DNA from: the human T2T-CHM13v2.0 reference genome, Homo sapiens
Length of the DNA stretch: 64,000 nt
Direction: 5' to 3' (one strand)
Assembly (NCBI RefSeq): GCF_009914755.1
Contig: NC_060939.1
Numbering within the stretch: position 1 is the first letter of the stretch; each line of letters begins with the position of its first letter. Positions 31,884-44,649 of this stretch are shown piece after piece. The notes under the pieces were generated by a model. It was not told where the DNA came from. It saw nothing but the letters and a program-made list of their open reading frames with translations, and ran no database searches. The position numbers and the translations under genes are program-made.

Positions 31884-33018
31884 CTGAATCCTCATCTCTC
31901 ACCTTATACAAAAATTAACTCAAGATGGGTCAAACTTAAATCTAACACTTGAAACCATAAAAATTCTAGAAGATAACATCAAAAAAAACTACTCTAGACA
32001 TTGACTTAAAGAATTCATGACCAAGAACCCAAAGGCAAATGCAACAAAAATAAATAAATGGGACCTAATTAAACTAAAACACTTCTGCACAGCAAGAGTA
32101 AAAAGGCAACCTGCAGAGTGGGAGAAAATACAATGTATATATCTGACAAGGGACTTATATCTAGAATCTACAAGGAACTTAACAAGAAAAAACAATCCCA
32201 TCAAAAGCGAGCAAAGGACATGAACAGATAATTCTCAAAATACAAATGGCCAACAAACAGGAAAAAATGCTCAAAACCACTAATTACCAGGAAAATGCAA
32301 ATTAAAACTCCAATACGATACCACCTTATTCCTGCAAGAATGGCCATAATTAAAAAACCAAAAAACAATAGACGCTGGCATGGAGGTGGTGAAAAGGGGA
32401 CACCTCACTGCTGGTGGGAATGTAAACTAGTAAAACCACCATGAAAAACAGTATACGGAGATTCCTTAAAGAACTATAAGCAGAACTACCATTCAATCCA
32501 GCAATCCCACTACTGGGTATCTACCCAGAGGAAAAGAAGTCATTATATGAAAAAGACACTTGCACATGCCTGTTTAGAGCAGCACAATTCACAATTGCAA
32601 AACTATGGAACCAACCTAAATGTCCATCAACCAACAAATGGATAAAGAAAATGTGGTACATATACACCATGGAATACTTCATAAAAAGGAATGAGATAAT
32701 CACATTTTGCAGCAACCCAGATGGAGTTAGAGGCCATTATTCTAAGTGAAGTAACTCAGGAGTAGAAAATCATATGTCGTATGTTCTCACTTGTAAGTGG
32801 GAGCTAAGCTATGAGGATGCAAAGGATCAGAATGATATATAATGGACTCTGGGGGCTTGGGAGGGGTGGGAGGAGGGTGAAGAATAAAAGACTACACACT
32901 GGGTACAGTGTACACTGCTCAGGTGATGGGTGCACCAAAATCTCAGCAATCACCACTAAAGAACTTATCCATGTAACCAAACACTACCTATTCCCCCAAA
33001 CCTACTGCAATAAAATAA
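31884..33018 (+). mobile_element. 5'-truncated L1 (L1PB-like) 3' end
   Basis: ORF2 C-terminal remnant ([10 protein letters not shown]) plus 3' UTR and AATAAA; flanked by a 44-bp direct repeat. Confidence 0.85.
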
Positions 33019-33324
33019 AAATGTTGAGAATGATGGAGACAATATCAGATGCCTGTTAGTCCTAGAGAAACTAACAGTGTTAACAGTAGTAGTTTAAAAA
33101 AGACTGAATAGCTTTAAAATAAAAATTACATATATTAGGAATAACTTTCATTTTTGCTTTTCTCTTTTTGGTAAGAAAAAACACTCTGAAATAAGAATTA
33201 TGTAACAAAGTTTTTTTTTTTAATGCCTAGAGTGGAAAAACCCTACTAATAGAAAAGTATTCTTGCTAAAGGTATGGATTTCTAACGTTTTTATATTTCT
33301 TACTTTGCTTTTCTGTCAACCTAC

Positions 33325-33416
33325 CTATTGTCATTGGAGTGTCCAGATGTGGCAACTAGACTTGAAGAGGTAATAAATGCAAAGTCACTTGTGGCTTTAC
33401 TGTGGCACTGCCAACT
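33325..33416 (-). CDS. DMXL2: DMXL2 exon, 92 nt (SWQCHSKATSDFAF...SNDN)
   Basis: tag|AGT acceptor, AG|gtag donor. Confidence 0.94.
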
Positions 33417-34145
33417 CTACGAAAAACAAAGTGCAACTGATGTTATTTTACCATTGGATAAAATTTGATACAGTACCAACATACATGTCTGCTAATAACA
33501 TACTATATGCATGAGCTAAAAATAGTTTTTAAAAACTCGGTCTAGGATAAAAGAATAAGTGATAGTATGAGGCTTAACTGTCATGTGTATATTATTTGGC
33601 TACTGTCCAATAATTTTTAATAACTGGAGTTGGTAAAAACAGAATTAAAGGTCATGTTTTTCAGATTATGTAAGAATAGGACATCAAAGTACATGAACCT
33701 ACCTAAGACCCGTCAATTTTAGTGCTAATGATCTCAAATACATGTAATAAACTTTAACAGTCACAAAGGAAATGCTTACAGACCCAACTAGTCTTAGGAT
33801 GTCAAGGTATTTTGAAATATAATGCATGTTTTTCTGTCTGGAATTATAGTGGTACAGATCTGACTGAAGACAAAAGTATAAATTCAAGATTACTTCCATT
33901 TCTGCATAGACAAGGTACAGTCTATAGTGTCCTAATTTAAGAGAATTATCTTATACACATAATTAAGAACATATGTATAGTTTAGAAAAATTTTAAAAAG
34001 TATTTGGGTAATCTATCTGGTCCCAGGAGGTTCAAGGCGTTCTGAACCTCCCTCCATATATGTGAAGCCTGAAGTTTCACACAGGACAGCATCACCTTCC
34101 ACCCTCCCCCATGTTCCTTTCCCCCACCATATCTCCATCAGGTAA

Positions 34146-34568
<423 letters not shown>

Positions 34569-34925
34569 AGAACCTGATTCTTAATGACAGAATTTTATCA
34601 TGTGTATATTAAGAAGATAGAGTTTTCAAAATGGATGAAAGTATAATAATAATGAAAAAAAACCCAAGTTGTACCACACACAGGGAAAGCCCCCAAAATT
34701 TTTAAAATATAAACTGTACTTCAAGGTGAAAAGCAAGGCTTTTTGTTTTTCAGGTCATTTCAGTCTAAAACTAGGGTAAGGATGGGTGCTGCTGTCAGGC
34801 TGGGATTGCTGAAAAAAATCATCCTTTTCCCAATAGGACCACCAATGAGATTCACTGTCTGAAACAGACACTTCATGAACAAAGTGTTGTGTATATGCGC
34901 CCTGGGAACATTTAGTGATACTTAC

Positions 34926-35003
34926 CATATAAGGTTTAGGATTTGATGCAGTTTGGTTAACTTGCCAGATACTCAGAAAACCCTCTCCATCCGCAACACC
35001 ACA
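34926..35003 (-). CDS. DMXL2: DMXL2 exon, 78 nt (CGVADGEGFLSIWQVNQTASNPKPYM)
   Basis: cag|TGT acceptor, ATG|gtaag donor. Confidence 0.95.
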
Positions 35004-35171
35004 CTGTAAGAACAGTATAACTACTAAACACATGTTCTTAGCATCCACAGCAAAGGTAAAAACATGGAAGGAAGATTCACTAAGGCCCTACTAAATAAAC
35101 ATTCTGCCTCTAACTATGTTTCTGTTGCTGTCATTCCCAAAAAGTCCAAGTGCTAAAAAATTCCCTGTCAC

Positions 35172-35465
35172 TTTTTTTTTAAATTTTTTTAGAGACAGGG
35201 TCTCATTCTGTTACCCAGGCTGGAGTGCAGTAGTGCAATTATAACTTACTATAACCTCAAACTCCTGGGTTCAAGGGATCCTCCAGCCTCAACCTTCTGA
35301 GTAGCTAGGACTAGAGGCACATGCCTGGGCTTTTTAAAAAAATTTTTGTAGGGATGTGGTCTCCCTTTGTTGTTCAGGTTGTCTCAAATGCTGGAGTTCA
35401 AGCAATCCTCCTGCCTTGGGCTCCTAAAGTGTTGTAATTACAGGTGTGAACCACTGTGACTGGCC
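35172..35465 (-). mobile_element. Alu (AluJ-like)
   Basis: Diverged reverse dimer. Confidence 0.85.
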
Positions 35466-35840
35466 CTTCCATTACTTCTTAACTGCTTACCTGTTTCACT
35501 GTTTTCCTCTAACCTCTTACTGATGAAATTTAGTAAGAAACTAGGTTTCTCTCAAGAACTTTACTGTGCTTACAGGAATCACCAACACACTCAACACAGG
35601 CAGTTTTTTTACTCTCACAGTATATTTAGTATCTTTAAATAGATGATTAATCCATACTAAATTTTGTAGATTTTTGCTTCTATTGGAAGAAAAGAGAGTG
35701 TATGAATAGACTCCAACAAACTGTCTACTCAGTTTAAATCCAGGGTCACTGAATTCATTTTTCGATGCACTTTTATCACTTACTCCTAAATATCCACAAC
35801 TATTTTCAGATGAATTCAGCAGTAGCCCCCAGAAACTAAC

Positions 35841-35968
35841 CTTGTTGCCTTGTGAATTAAAATATAATCTAGTAACTCTTGCATTGCCAGCTTGACGAAA
35901 GCAGACAAGTTGCTGAGGCCGCGTCCATTCAAACATTCGTACACTGCCGTCCTGAGCACCTGTAAGAT
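35841..35968 (-). CDS. DMXL2: DMXL2 exon, 128 nt (YLTGAQDGSVRMFEW...SQGNK)
   Basis: cag|AT acceptor, AAG|gttag donor. Confidence 0.95.
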
Positions 35969-36083
35969 CTGAAACACAAGAGAAAAAGCAGGAAATAAGA
36001 AATTAAAGAGTTCCAATATTTTCTATTCTATAAATCAACCTCCAAATGAGGACACTTACAATTATTAGGTCATAAATACTTAC

Positions 36084-36144
36084 AGTATTGATGGACTGGG
36101 TGTGAAGTCATTCTCTTAACATTATGTAGATTCCTTTTCATAAG
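36084..36144 (-). CDS. DMXL2: DMXL2 exon, 61 nt (LMKRNLHNVKRMTSHPVHQY)
   Basis: aag|CTT acceptor, T|gtaag donor. Confidence 0.93.
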
Positions 36145-36660
36145 CTTTAAAAGAAAATTTTAAAAATTTTATTTTGTGTATGCAGAAGAGATGAGGAAGG
36201 ATATGCTTCAGGATAAATTCTGACATTTATTCTCTTACACCTTGCTTATTACTGAGATAAAGCCTGTTATGGATGTTCTGAACCACTACATAGAACACTT
36301 GTCTGAAGAGGGTGAGGAAGCACAGTCACTTGCTGGTATAGCCCTGGCCTGTGAGGTTACCAAGGAGCTTCATCTCATAATAAAGGAACTCTTCTTCAAG
36401 TGCCCCTCCCTGAGGATATTCAGGAGCACCTCCAGATGCTTCAGAGCAGAACATAAGAATGGGACCCCTCCAGCTACAGTGACAAGAATGTTACTGACAT
36501 GCTTTCAAGCACTTAGAAGTAGACATGAATTCCCCTTTAACTTTGCTTTACCATTTTGTATCTGTTTATTCATCTGTAAAATGATAATGGAGGGTAATAA
36601 TAGCACCTACCACCTAGGATTGTTGTGAGAAAAAGCATGTATCTGACACTAAGAAAGTCA

Positions 36661-36957
<297 letters not shown>

Positions 36958-37102
36958 GCCACAATAAATGTCAGCTGTCATTATCATGGCCTATCTACTG
37001 GTGTTTGTCCCTGAAATTTAGGATCATTCCTATGTCAAAGAGATTCCAACTGATTTTTCAGAGTCCAAATCCAGAAATGATACCTATAAGTAAATAACAT
37101 AC

Positions 37103-37241
37103 CACACTAGCTCCAGTGCTAGTCTGTCCAGTGCCCAGCCATGGCAGAGATGAAGGTGGATGCACCTGACTTGCTGAATAGGATGTTGCACTGGGTTGAT
37201 AAAGAGTTGTAGTGGAACCACGATAATCAACATCATCTGAA
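37103..37241 (-). CDS. DMXL2: DMXL2 exon, 139 nt (SSDDVDYRG...TGASV)
   Basis: cag|T acceptor, GTG|gtatg donor. Confidence 0.93.
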
Positions 37242-38280
37242 CTGTGAAAAACATTCATGTGTTACTGTGAACATTCCCTTTTCTCTTAACACAAATTCCA
37301 ACTCAAAATCTTCTTATGTACCCATAGGACAATCTTTATTTTAAAAACTAAGTAGCCATGAGAAAAACTTAGGTACAAGTCCTAATCGCCAATGTTAATA
37401 CTGGTTAACTTTTTTCCCTTTTGGCAAAATGTAAATTTAGTCTAATGTTGTTTGGGGACAACTTTATTGCTGCACAAGTTGAAACAAAAGTTTGTTGTTA
37501 TCTATGGAAAAATATTATGTTCTCTTCAAGTACAGATAGCTCAGTATCAAATTAACACGTTTAAAGAAATTTGAGTTTAAAGATTTCTTGGAGTAAGACA
37601 TATAAAATGTGAAAGTAATTGTTGGGATGGATTGTATCATAGTACATGGTTATATCTACTCTGAAATGTGATATTAAATCCTAGTTATATCACATACTAA
37701 CAAAAAAAAGAATTCAACAAAATGAGGAGAGAAACTATCATGGCACCATCCTCAAGCATGAACAATTTCTAAGAGTCTGGAGAAAAGCAGGAGGGAAGGC
37801 AAACCACAAAGAAGAAACCTCAAAATAGGTAAGAATGGCAAAACACTCTTGGTGCAGTGTCCATAGCTTCAATGAAAAGTAAAGCCGTCTACATTTTTAT
37901 GTTTAAGAAAAGGTATGCTTATCAGGTGATAAGAAGAAACACTGCAAAATTACTCGGTAAATGTGACTCAGTGTAATTAACATATTTGTGTCTACTGTTT
38001 TAATTATCCAGATCAGATTAATTTACTGAATATCATGAAGCCAAGTGTTAGGGATTATCCTTATTGAAATATTATCAATAGTGTAGGGTTTAATGGAAGT
38101 GTAATTCATTCAGTTAATGTAGACAAAGACTTTCACTGGCAGCTAAACCAATTATATTTGTCACCTACCCAAATGAAGGAGATACATGTATACCTTTTGA
38201 AATAATTCAAATCATGTGCATAACCATTTAGTGGGTACTTCTTACAGAAAACTATATGTAAAAGTGACTATGAGACAAAC

Positions 38281-38402
38281 CTTTTGGATTCTCTGTCATA
38301 TTCTTCTCCGATCCATATGTATGACTGACAGGCCAGTAGAGAAGTAACATCAAGTTCTTGAACATCATGTGTTGAAGCCAAAACAATTTCATTACAATTT
38401 GC
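38281..38402 (-). CDS. DMXL2: DMXL2 exon, 122 nt (ANCNEIVLASTHDVQELD...DRESK)
   Basis: tag|GCA acceptor, AG|gtttgt donor. Confidence 0.93.
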
Positions 38403-38483
38403 CTATAAAGCAAAGGCAGAATCAATGATTTAAGCAATTTCACTAAGGAGAAATACACTGTGTATAATGATGAGAGCTTTTAC

Positions 38484-38570
38484 CTTATTAACAGAAAATG
38501 CCATGATCATATCAGATTCCTTATGGATGACTTTCGCCTTTCCACCTGGATAGCCCAGATCAGCTTCAAC
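38484..38570 (-). CDS. DMXL2: DMXL2 exon, 87 nt (VEADLGYPGGKAKVIHKESDMIMAFSVNK)
   Basis: tag|GTT acceptor, AAG|gtaaa donor; followed by an 81-nt intron. Confidence 0.93.
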
Positions 38571-38670
38571 CTAGAAAACATTCATCAGCAGTTTTAGTTG
38601 CTGCAGCACAGCTCTATTTAGAGTTATGCACATCCCATAAGATTTAAATGTAGGATAAGAAGAAAATGTA

Positions 38671-38688
38671 GCAGCAGCAGCAGCAGCA
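38671..38688. repeat. (GCA)6, i.e. (UGC)6 in the DMXL2 pre-mRNA
   Basis: Perfect trinucleotide run. Confidence 0.9.
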
Positions 38689-39366
38689 AGAAAAAAGGGT
38701 AAGAGTAACTTTAATGTGTTGAAAACTAGCTTTGGAAAATTTGCTTAAATTCTCTGATGTCCTGTAATCACCCCAATTTCCACTGTGATGGTAAGATACT
38801 GATTAATTATAAAACATGGCTAATATATTTTTATTAGTAATTTATACAGTAGTATGTCTCTCTTAGCTCTTCCAAAAGTGCATAAATATTCTGCAATAAG
38901 AATGTGTATACATTAAGAGGCACAGAGTGGAGTAAAAAGCCATAGAAAACCGCAAAGAAACCACCCTTTGAAGTAAGGGTGGTGAGACAGAAATAAGGAA
39001 AAGTTGGAAAGAGGGATACTTCGAAAGGAATAAAAGAGACTGATGAGAGGAAGATGCAATGGCTTAGGGTTGGTGATGGGAAGGAAAGAAAAGGCAGAAT
39101 CAAGAAGATGAAACAGCCATGCTTAAAACAGAAAAAGTGACAAGTGAAGATGGGACAGGGAGCAAGAAAGAGAAGAACCAAGGGCAAGACAGAGCAAGCC
39201 AGATACAGTGAAGCATCTCCTCCCCTGTGCCACTGAAGTGGTATGGGAGTACTATGAGTTCTCTGAGTAGTTAGCCAGTTGGGCAGGTCATGGTTAGTAT
39301 CAGAGATGAGGCGTTAGCTCCTTGAACTTTAAAGAATGAGCTAAATACAAGATCTTGGAATACTAC

Positions 39367-39429
39367 CTTGATGTGGCAATCTTCTGCTATGCAGTTTTGG
39401 TTGACCTGCTCCACATGTTCTTCTATAGA
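39367..39429 (-). CDS. DMXL2: DMXL2 probable cassette exon, 63 nt (SIEEHVEQVNQNCIAEDCHIK)
   Basis: tag|TCT acceptor, AAG|gtagta donor; symmetric phase 0, no stop. Confidence 0.8.
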
Positions 39430-40058
39430 CTAAATACCACCACACCGTCACAAACACAAAACACATGCATGGAATGAAATTATAAAGACAGTGAAATATT
39501 TCAAGCTGAAATGGCCACTCCACCACTTAAAGATGATAAAAATGAATTTGCAAAATCAAGAAAAAATTAAACCGAATAAAACAGTCATCAAATAAACACA
39601 ACACAAAGCCAAAAGAGCAAAATTAATGTGACTATTACATAAACACAAGAACATAAAAGCTATTTCAAAATAAAAATTAGTTATCTGTATACAGTTTTAA
39701 GAAATCTAAGTTACATAACTGGTAATCTATAAAATTAAAGCCCATTTGTATAAGCAGATGCAGAAGATGCTACATAAATTCCTGCCCTATAGGGGTTGAT
39801 TTAAAATACAAATTAAAATATTTATTTCTAAACATAGATTCAAAATATTGATAATTATTTCACTCTTATAAGGAATATGATGATTTTTCTCTAAGTAAAT
39901 AAATGTTTAATAAAATCAGGCATGGAAAAAGAAATAACTCAGTAATTTGCTCCCGGGTTGATGCAGGGTCCTAAGGATGGCTGCAATCAGAAGTTATATT
40001 TCTGCTCTGCTGTGGAAACTCTGAAGGTTTGATCAGAGAAACAAACTCTTCCTCATAC

Positions 40059-40115
40059 CTTTTCAGGTGACTGCCTTCCTTTCATCACGAAGGGCCATTC
40101 AAATTTTCTGCCCAT
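40059..40115 (-). CDS. DMXL2: Putative internal alternative first exon of DMXL2 (MGRKFEWPFVMKGRQSPEK)
   Basis: GGCATGG Kozak context, 19 codons, AAG|gtatgag donor in phase 0 matching downstream exons. Confidence 0.5.
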
Positions 40116-40649
40116 GCCTCCAGGGACTCCCCTATGGCTGCTGCAGCTGATAAAGATGCATCCAAGAAAACTTCCAAGGAATGGTCAATGTGTGGCACAG
40201 CTAACTCAGTGAAGGCCAAACTGCTGAAGAATCTATTTGTCTTAACTAGCTGAATTCACCAATCTGTTTCCCAAAAACTTGTTTTGTGAAATATTTTCCT
40301 GTAATATCTTCAGTGAATAAAAGATCTTATTCTTATAAATATATCTATAACTTCAGCATTTCTCAGGGATTTTTTTTAAATGCACCCAGCATTTTTAGGA
40401 TTAGCCTGCCAATTTTATTGGTCAATTTTCTGAATTTGCCAAATTTAGTGATTACCAAAATCCTATTTGACAATTTTAAAGATGTAAGCACTCTTACTGG
40501 ATTGGGTAGAGTTTTAGTAAGTTTTGCATATTTCTGAGCCTAACGACGAGTTTTTATTTTGTCCTAACAGCCTTAATGTTTTATTCATAATTTTTTTCTT
40601 AATAAAACACCTTTTTTTTCAGATCTGAGCTATTCAAAACAGCAATCAC

Positions 40650-40820
40650 TAACCATATGTAACTATTTAAATTTAGATCAATTAAAATTAAAATTCAGTT
40701 TCTCAATCATGCTAGCCACATTTCAAGTACTCAGTAACCACATGTGGCTGGTGACTACTATGTTGGACTATGCAGATACAGATTTCCATCATCACAGAAA
40801 GTTCTATGGGACAGTACTGG
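40650..40820. mobile_element. MER3-type hAT-Charlie element
   Basis: CTAGCCACATTTCAAGT...CATCACAGAAAGTTCTATGGGACAG. Confidence 0.65.
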
Positions 40821-41340
40821 ACAAGACAGTAATTCCATTCAATGTTTTAAAATTAAAAGGGTACATGATAAAAATTCTTCCATCCTAACTCCCAGCCATG
40901 TACTTCCCTTCCTTGGAGCCAACTGATGCTTATATAGCACTTTAAGAAACATTCCGTTTATCTCTGTCCTACTTCCCTGTTCATGGGGACCCACTGCTGG
41001 AAGAAAAATAGAACACACAGAGACTGAGGGGCATAATGGAAGGGAGACTAAGGGGCGGAGAGGGGGAGAATTAGTTAAGGAAGAAGCAAACTCGTGGGGA
41101 AGGGCAAGACGAGAATGGGAGGGTCCAAGAAACCCAGACACCTGGCTTCCCACAGCACTCTACACTCTGACAAGTCAACCAGTCAAGCTGCTATCAACCT
41201 TACCAATACTTAAAACATACTTGTGATAAATCATTAATTTTAATAATTTGAAGAACAAAACACTCAGAAAATTGATCACTCAATGAACTGGTTTTCTGTG
41301 AATAACAGAGCCCCTAATTGACCAGAAATCTTATTGATTA

Positions 41341-41612
41341 AGACAGGGTCTCACTTTGTTACCCAGGATGGAGTGCAGTGGTGTGTGATCTCAGCTCACT
41401 ACAACCTCCACCTCCTGGGCTCAAGCAATCCTCCTGCCTCAGCCCTGCAAGTAGCTGGGATTACAAGCATACACCATCACACCTGGATAATTGTTTTGTA
41501 TCTTTTGTAGAGACGGGGTTTCACCATGTTGCCAAGCTGGTCTCAAACCCCTGAGCTCAGGAGATCCCCTACCTAGTGCTAGGATTACAGGTGTGAGCCA
41601 CTATGCCTGGCT
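41341..41612 (-). mobile_element. Alu (AluJ-like)
   Basis: Diverged reverse dimer. Confidence 0.85.
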
Positions 41613-42063
41613 AAAATCTTTTATTTTAAATCACTATCTTAGATTCCTATATTTTAGTTTATGGAATTTGGACTCAGCATCACTATAGGAAATGCTATAC
41701 ACAGTGGTTTAAATGACAGAGGCAAATAATTTGCCTCTGATTTCCCTAACAAAGTCACATCAATAATTTCAATGCCATAAGGGTCTTTTGTTATGAAAAA
41801 GCTTATAACTAGGACTCAAAAGGTCTCTACAGTTCATTCTTCTACTTCCTCATTTAAGTATATAATTTTTAAATCCATAGAGAAAACAAATGACTGTTCA
41901 TAAGGGCTGACCACAATTACCATTCAGGTAAGTGGGTGAGTGGGAAAAAGAACAAGTATGGTAGGTTCCACTGCCCTGGGCATGAGGAAAAACTGAGAAG
42001 CAATTTTATACTTTATCTCGGGAAATCGAGCCGTATGGACTCTCTCTGTTTTCACTTTTCTAA

Positions 42064-42409
<346 letters not shown>

Positions 42410-43151
42410 ATGTTTGCCAAATCTTTAATTACATCAGACGCTCAACTCTGAATACTCTTCAAACTGCTCATTACCTCACTAATTACCTCACTAAATAGCC
42501 AAACAGACTGAAATGCTCATATAAAAGGTCCCACTTTTATAAGGAAGAGGTCACTTGCCAATCTCCCAAACTGCTAATTCTTCTTGAACCATGTCTGCTA
42601 TTACATTAATAATTGTATTAGCTTAAAAATAACCATGCAATGCAGAACCTCTGTCTTGCTTTGTAAGAGCAATCTTCCTTCATCTTGTATTTGCTATTTC
42701 TGTAGTTTATTCTCTCACAAAAGTATCCTGAATTTGTTGCTTCAAATCATCATTCTGTTCATTTCTAAGTGCTAAGTAAAGAAAATGCTTTTAAAGGGCT
42801 ATTTTATATTTTAAGCACATATTTGGAGAATATTATAGAGTAAGCTTATATATTAAATTCCTCAAGCCATCCATCACAATGTTTATTATGTGTAAAAACC
42901 TAATGACAAATACTGTAAAGTACCAACTTTCACTTGAATATATGTAATTTATCAAAGTACCTATGTTGTTTCATTGCTATGAAATGAAAATTATAAGGTT
43001 TTATCTTAAAAGTAGTTCACGGTAGTTTAGTGAACTTTGACTATTACCCAACCAGAAAGAAAATTTCAGAATAAATCAAGCACTGATTTCCTTAGAAATG
43101 TTAAAGAAAACTAAAGAAAAATTACAATAGAAAATATTTTTCTCAAAATAC

Positions 43152-43269
43152 CTCACTCTGCTTTCTTTTCTTAGTGAAAATATATCTAATAAATGTCTCT
43201 TGAAGGACCTCTTGTTTAACAAGGAAATGCCAAAGTCGTTTGACTGGAAATGCAGAAGAATCCCGGGAC
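43152..43269 (-). CDS. DMXL2: DMXL2 exon, 118 nt (SRDSSAFPVKRLWHFL...KKRKQSE)
   Basis: tag|G acceptor, GAG|gtatt donor. Confidence 0.94.
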
Positions 43270-43330
43270 CTATTAAAAAAAATTAACATATCACACTACT
43301 TTAGTCTATAGAAAATATGTTTATATTTGC

Positions 43331-43404
43331 AGATATTTATTTTTAAAACCTTCACAATCTATTGCAAAGATATTTATTTTTAAAACCTTCATAATCTATT
43401 GCAA
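43331..43404. repeat. 37-bp tandem duplication
   Basis: AGATATTTATTTTTAAAACCTTCA[C/T]AATCTATTGCAA x2, one mismatch. Confidence 0.9.
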
Positions 43405-43894
43405 AGAAGACACAGCATTAAGCTCAACAAAACTGTACAGTTTACTTTTAATTTTTAGTTCTCCTAAAAATCATTTCATCTAGCAACTAATTCTCTAATT
43501 ACACTGAATGAACCAGTTAAGCTGAGAGTCAAATGAATCTCTTATTATTCTCTTTTTAAATTATACTTTATATTGGTTCTCTTGGTTAAAGCATATCAAC
43601 AATGAATACAAGTCATAGATACCGATTCTAACAGCCTAACAAGCTAAAAAGCTTTGTTCTTTCAAGCTTATTTTAATAGTAAAAACTATTAATCAGGGTC
43701 CACTACCTCAAAAAAAAAAGCATGCTGCTTATCAAAAGGGACCTAGATTGGCAGGTAAAAGATCAAAACATCAGTTAAAAACCTGTAATGTGTTTACTGT
43801 TAAATTACTGACAAAAGTCAGAAGCACCTTATTTGCATATATAGATTGTTAGAAAAAAATTCTGTAAGAGTTCTGACAATAAGAACATAAATAT

Positions 43895-44201
43895 GCCATA
43901 CGCAGTGGCACATGCCTGTAATCCCAGCACTTTGGGAGGCCAAGACCAGGGACTGCTTGAGCCTAGGAGTTTGAGACCAGTGTGGGCAACATGGTGAAAC
44001 CCTGTCTCTACAAAAAATACAAAAAAAATTAGCCGATGGCGCTCGCCTGTTGTTCCAGCTACTCAGGAGGCAGAGGTGAAAAAGATGGGTTGAGCCCAGG
44101 AGGTTGAGGCTGCAGTGAGCTGAGATTGCACCACTGCTCTCCATCCTGGGTGACAGAGTGAGACCTTGTCTCTTGTCTCAAACAAACAAACAAACAAAAA
44201 A
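43895..44201 (+). mobile_element. Alu (AluJ-like)
   Basis: Dimer with (AAAC)n tail. Confidence 0.87.
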
Positions 44202-44447
44202 CACCACACCGGAAATTAATACAATAAAGACTTTTTCCTTTATGTAAATGGAATGTCTATGAATTACAGATAATACTGGGAAAAATTCTATTCAAATTTC
44301 TGATATTTTTCTTAAGCGTATTCTGCTAAAAATAGGACTGCAGGTTCAAAATTATGAATGTTTTAAAGTATATTGGCATATTTAGCCAAACTGTCTTCCA
44401 GAAAAGTTAAGCTACGCTCTTTATCAGCATTATAAGAGCTTTCTTAC

Positions 44448-44649
44448 TTGAATGGGGTATTTTCAGGTTCTAGCATTGCTTTATTTCGAAGAATAGCTGG
44501 TCCAGCTCCCACTGAAAGGTCAGTTGGATATGTGTTGATATAGTTAGGGGGTGGACCTTCAAACTGATCCATTTTCTCTTGCAAGATCTGTTCCCAGTTC
44601 TCCAAGTTTTTAATCACAGCAATACCTAATGGTGATGTTACAGGCAGCT
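44448..44649 (-). CDS. DMXL2: DMXL2 exon, 202 nt (ELPVTSPLG...ENTPFK)
   Basis: tag|AG acceptor, AA|gtaag donor. Confidence 0.94.

Noticed and set aside
34755-35936. ORF extensions beyond DMXL2 exons (34755..35048, 35541..35936)
   Set aside because: These are intronic read-through past canonical GT donors; only the exon cores are coding.
40098-40115. N-myristoylation of the putative MG-start isoform
   Set aside because: Gly2 is present, but the context (MGRKFE, acidic residue at position 6) is a poor NMT consensus.
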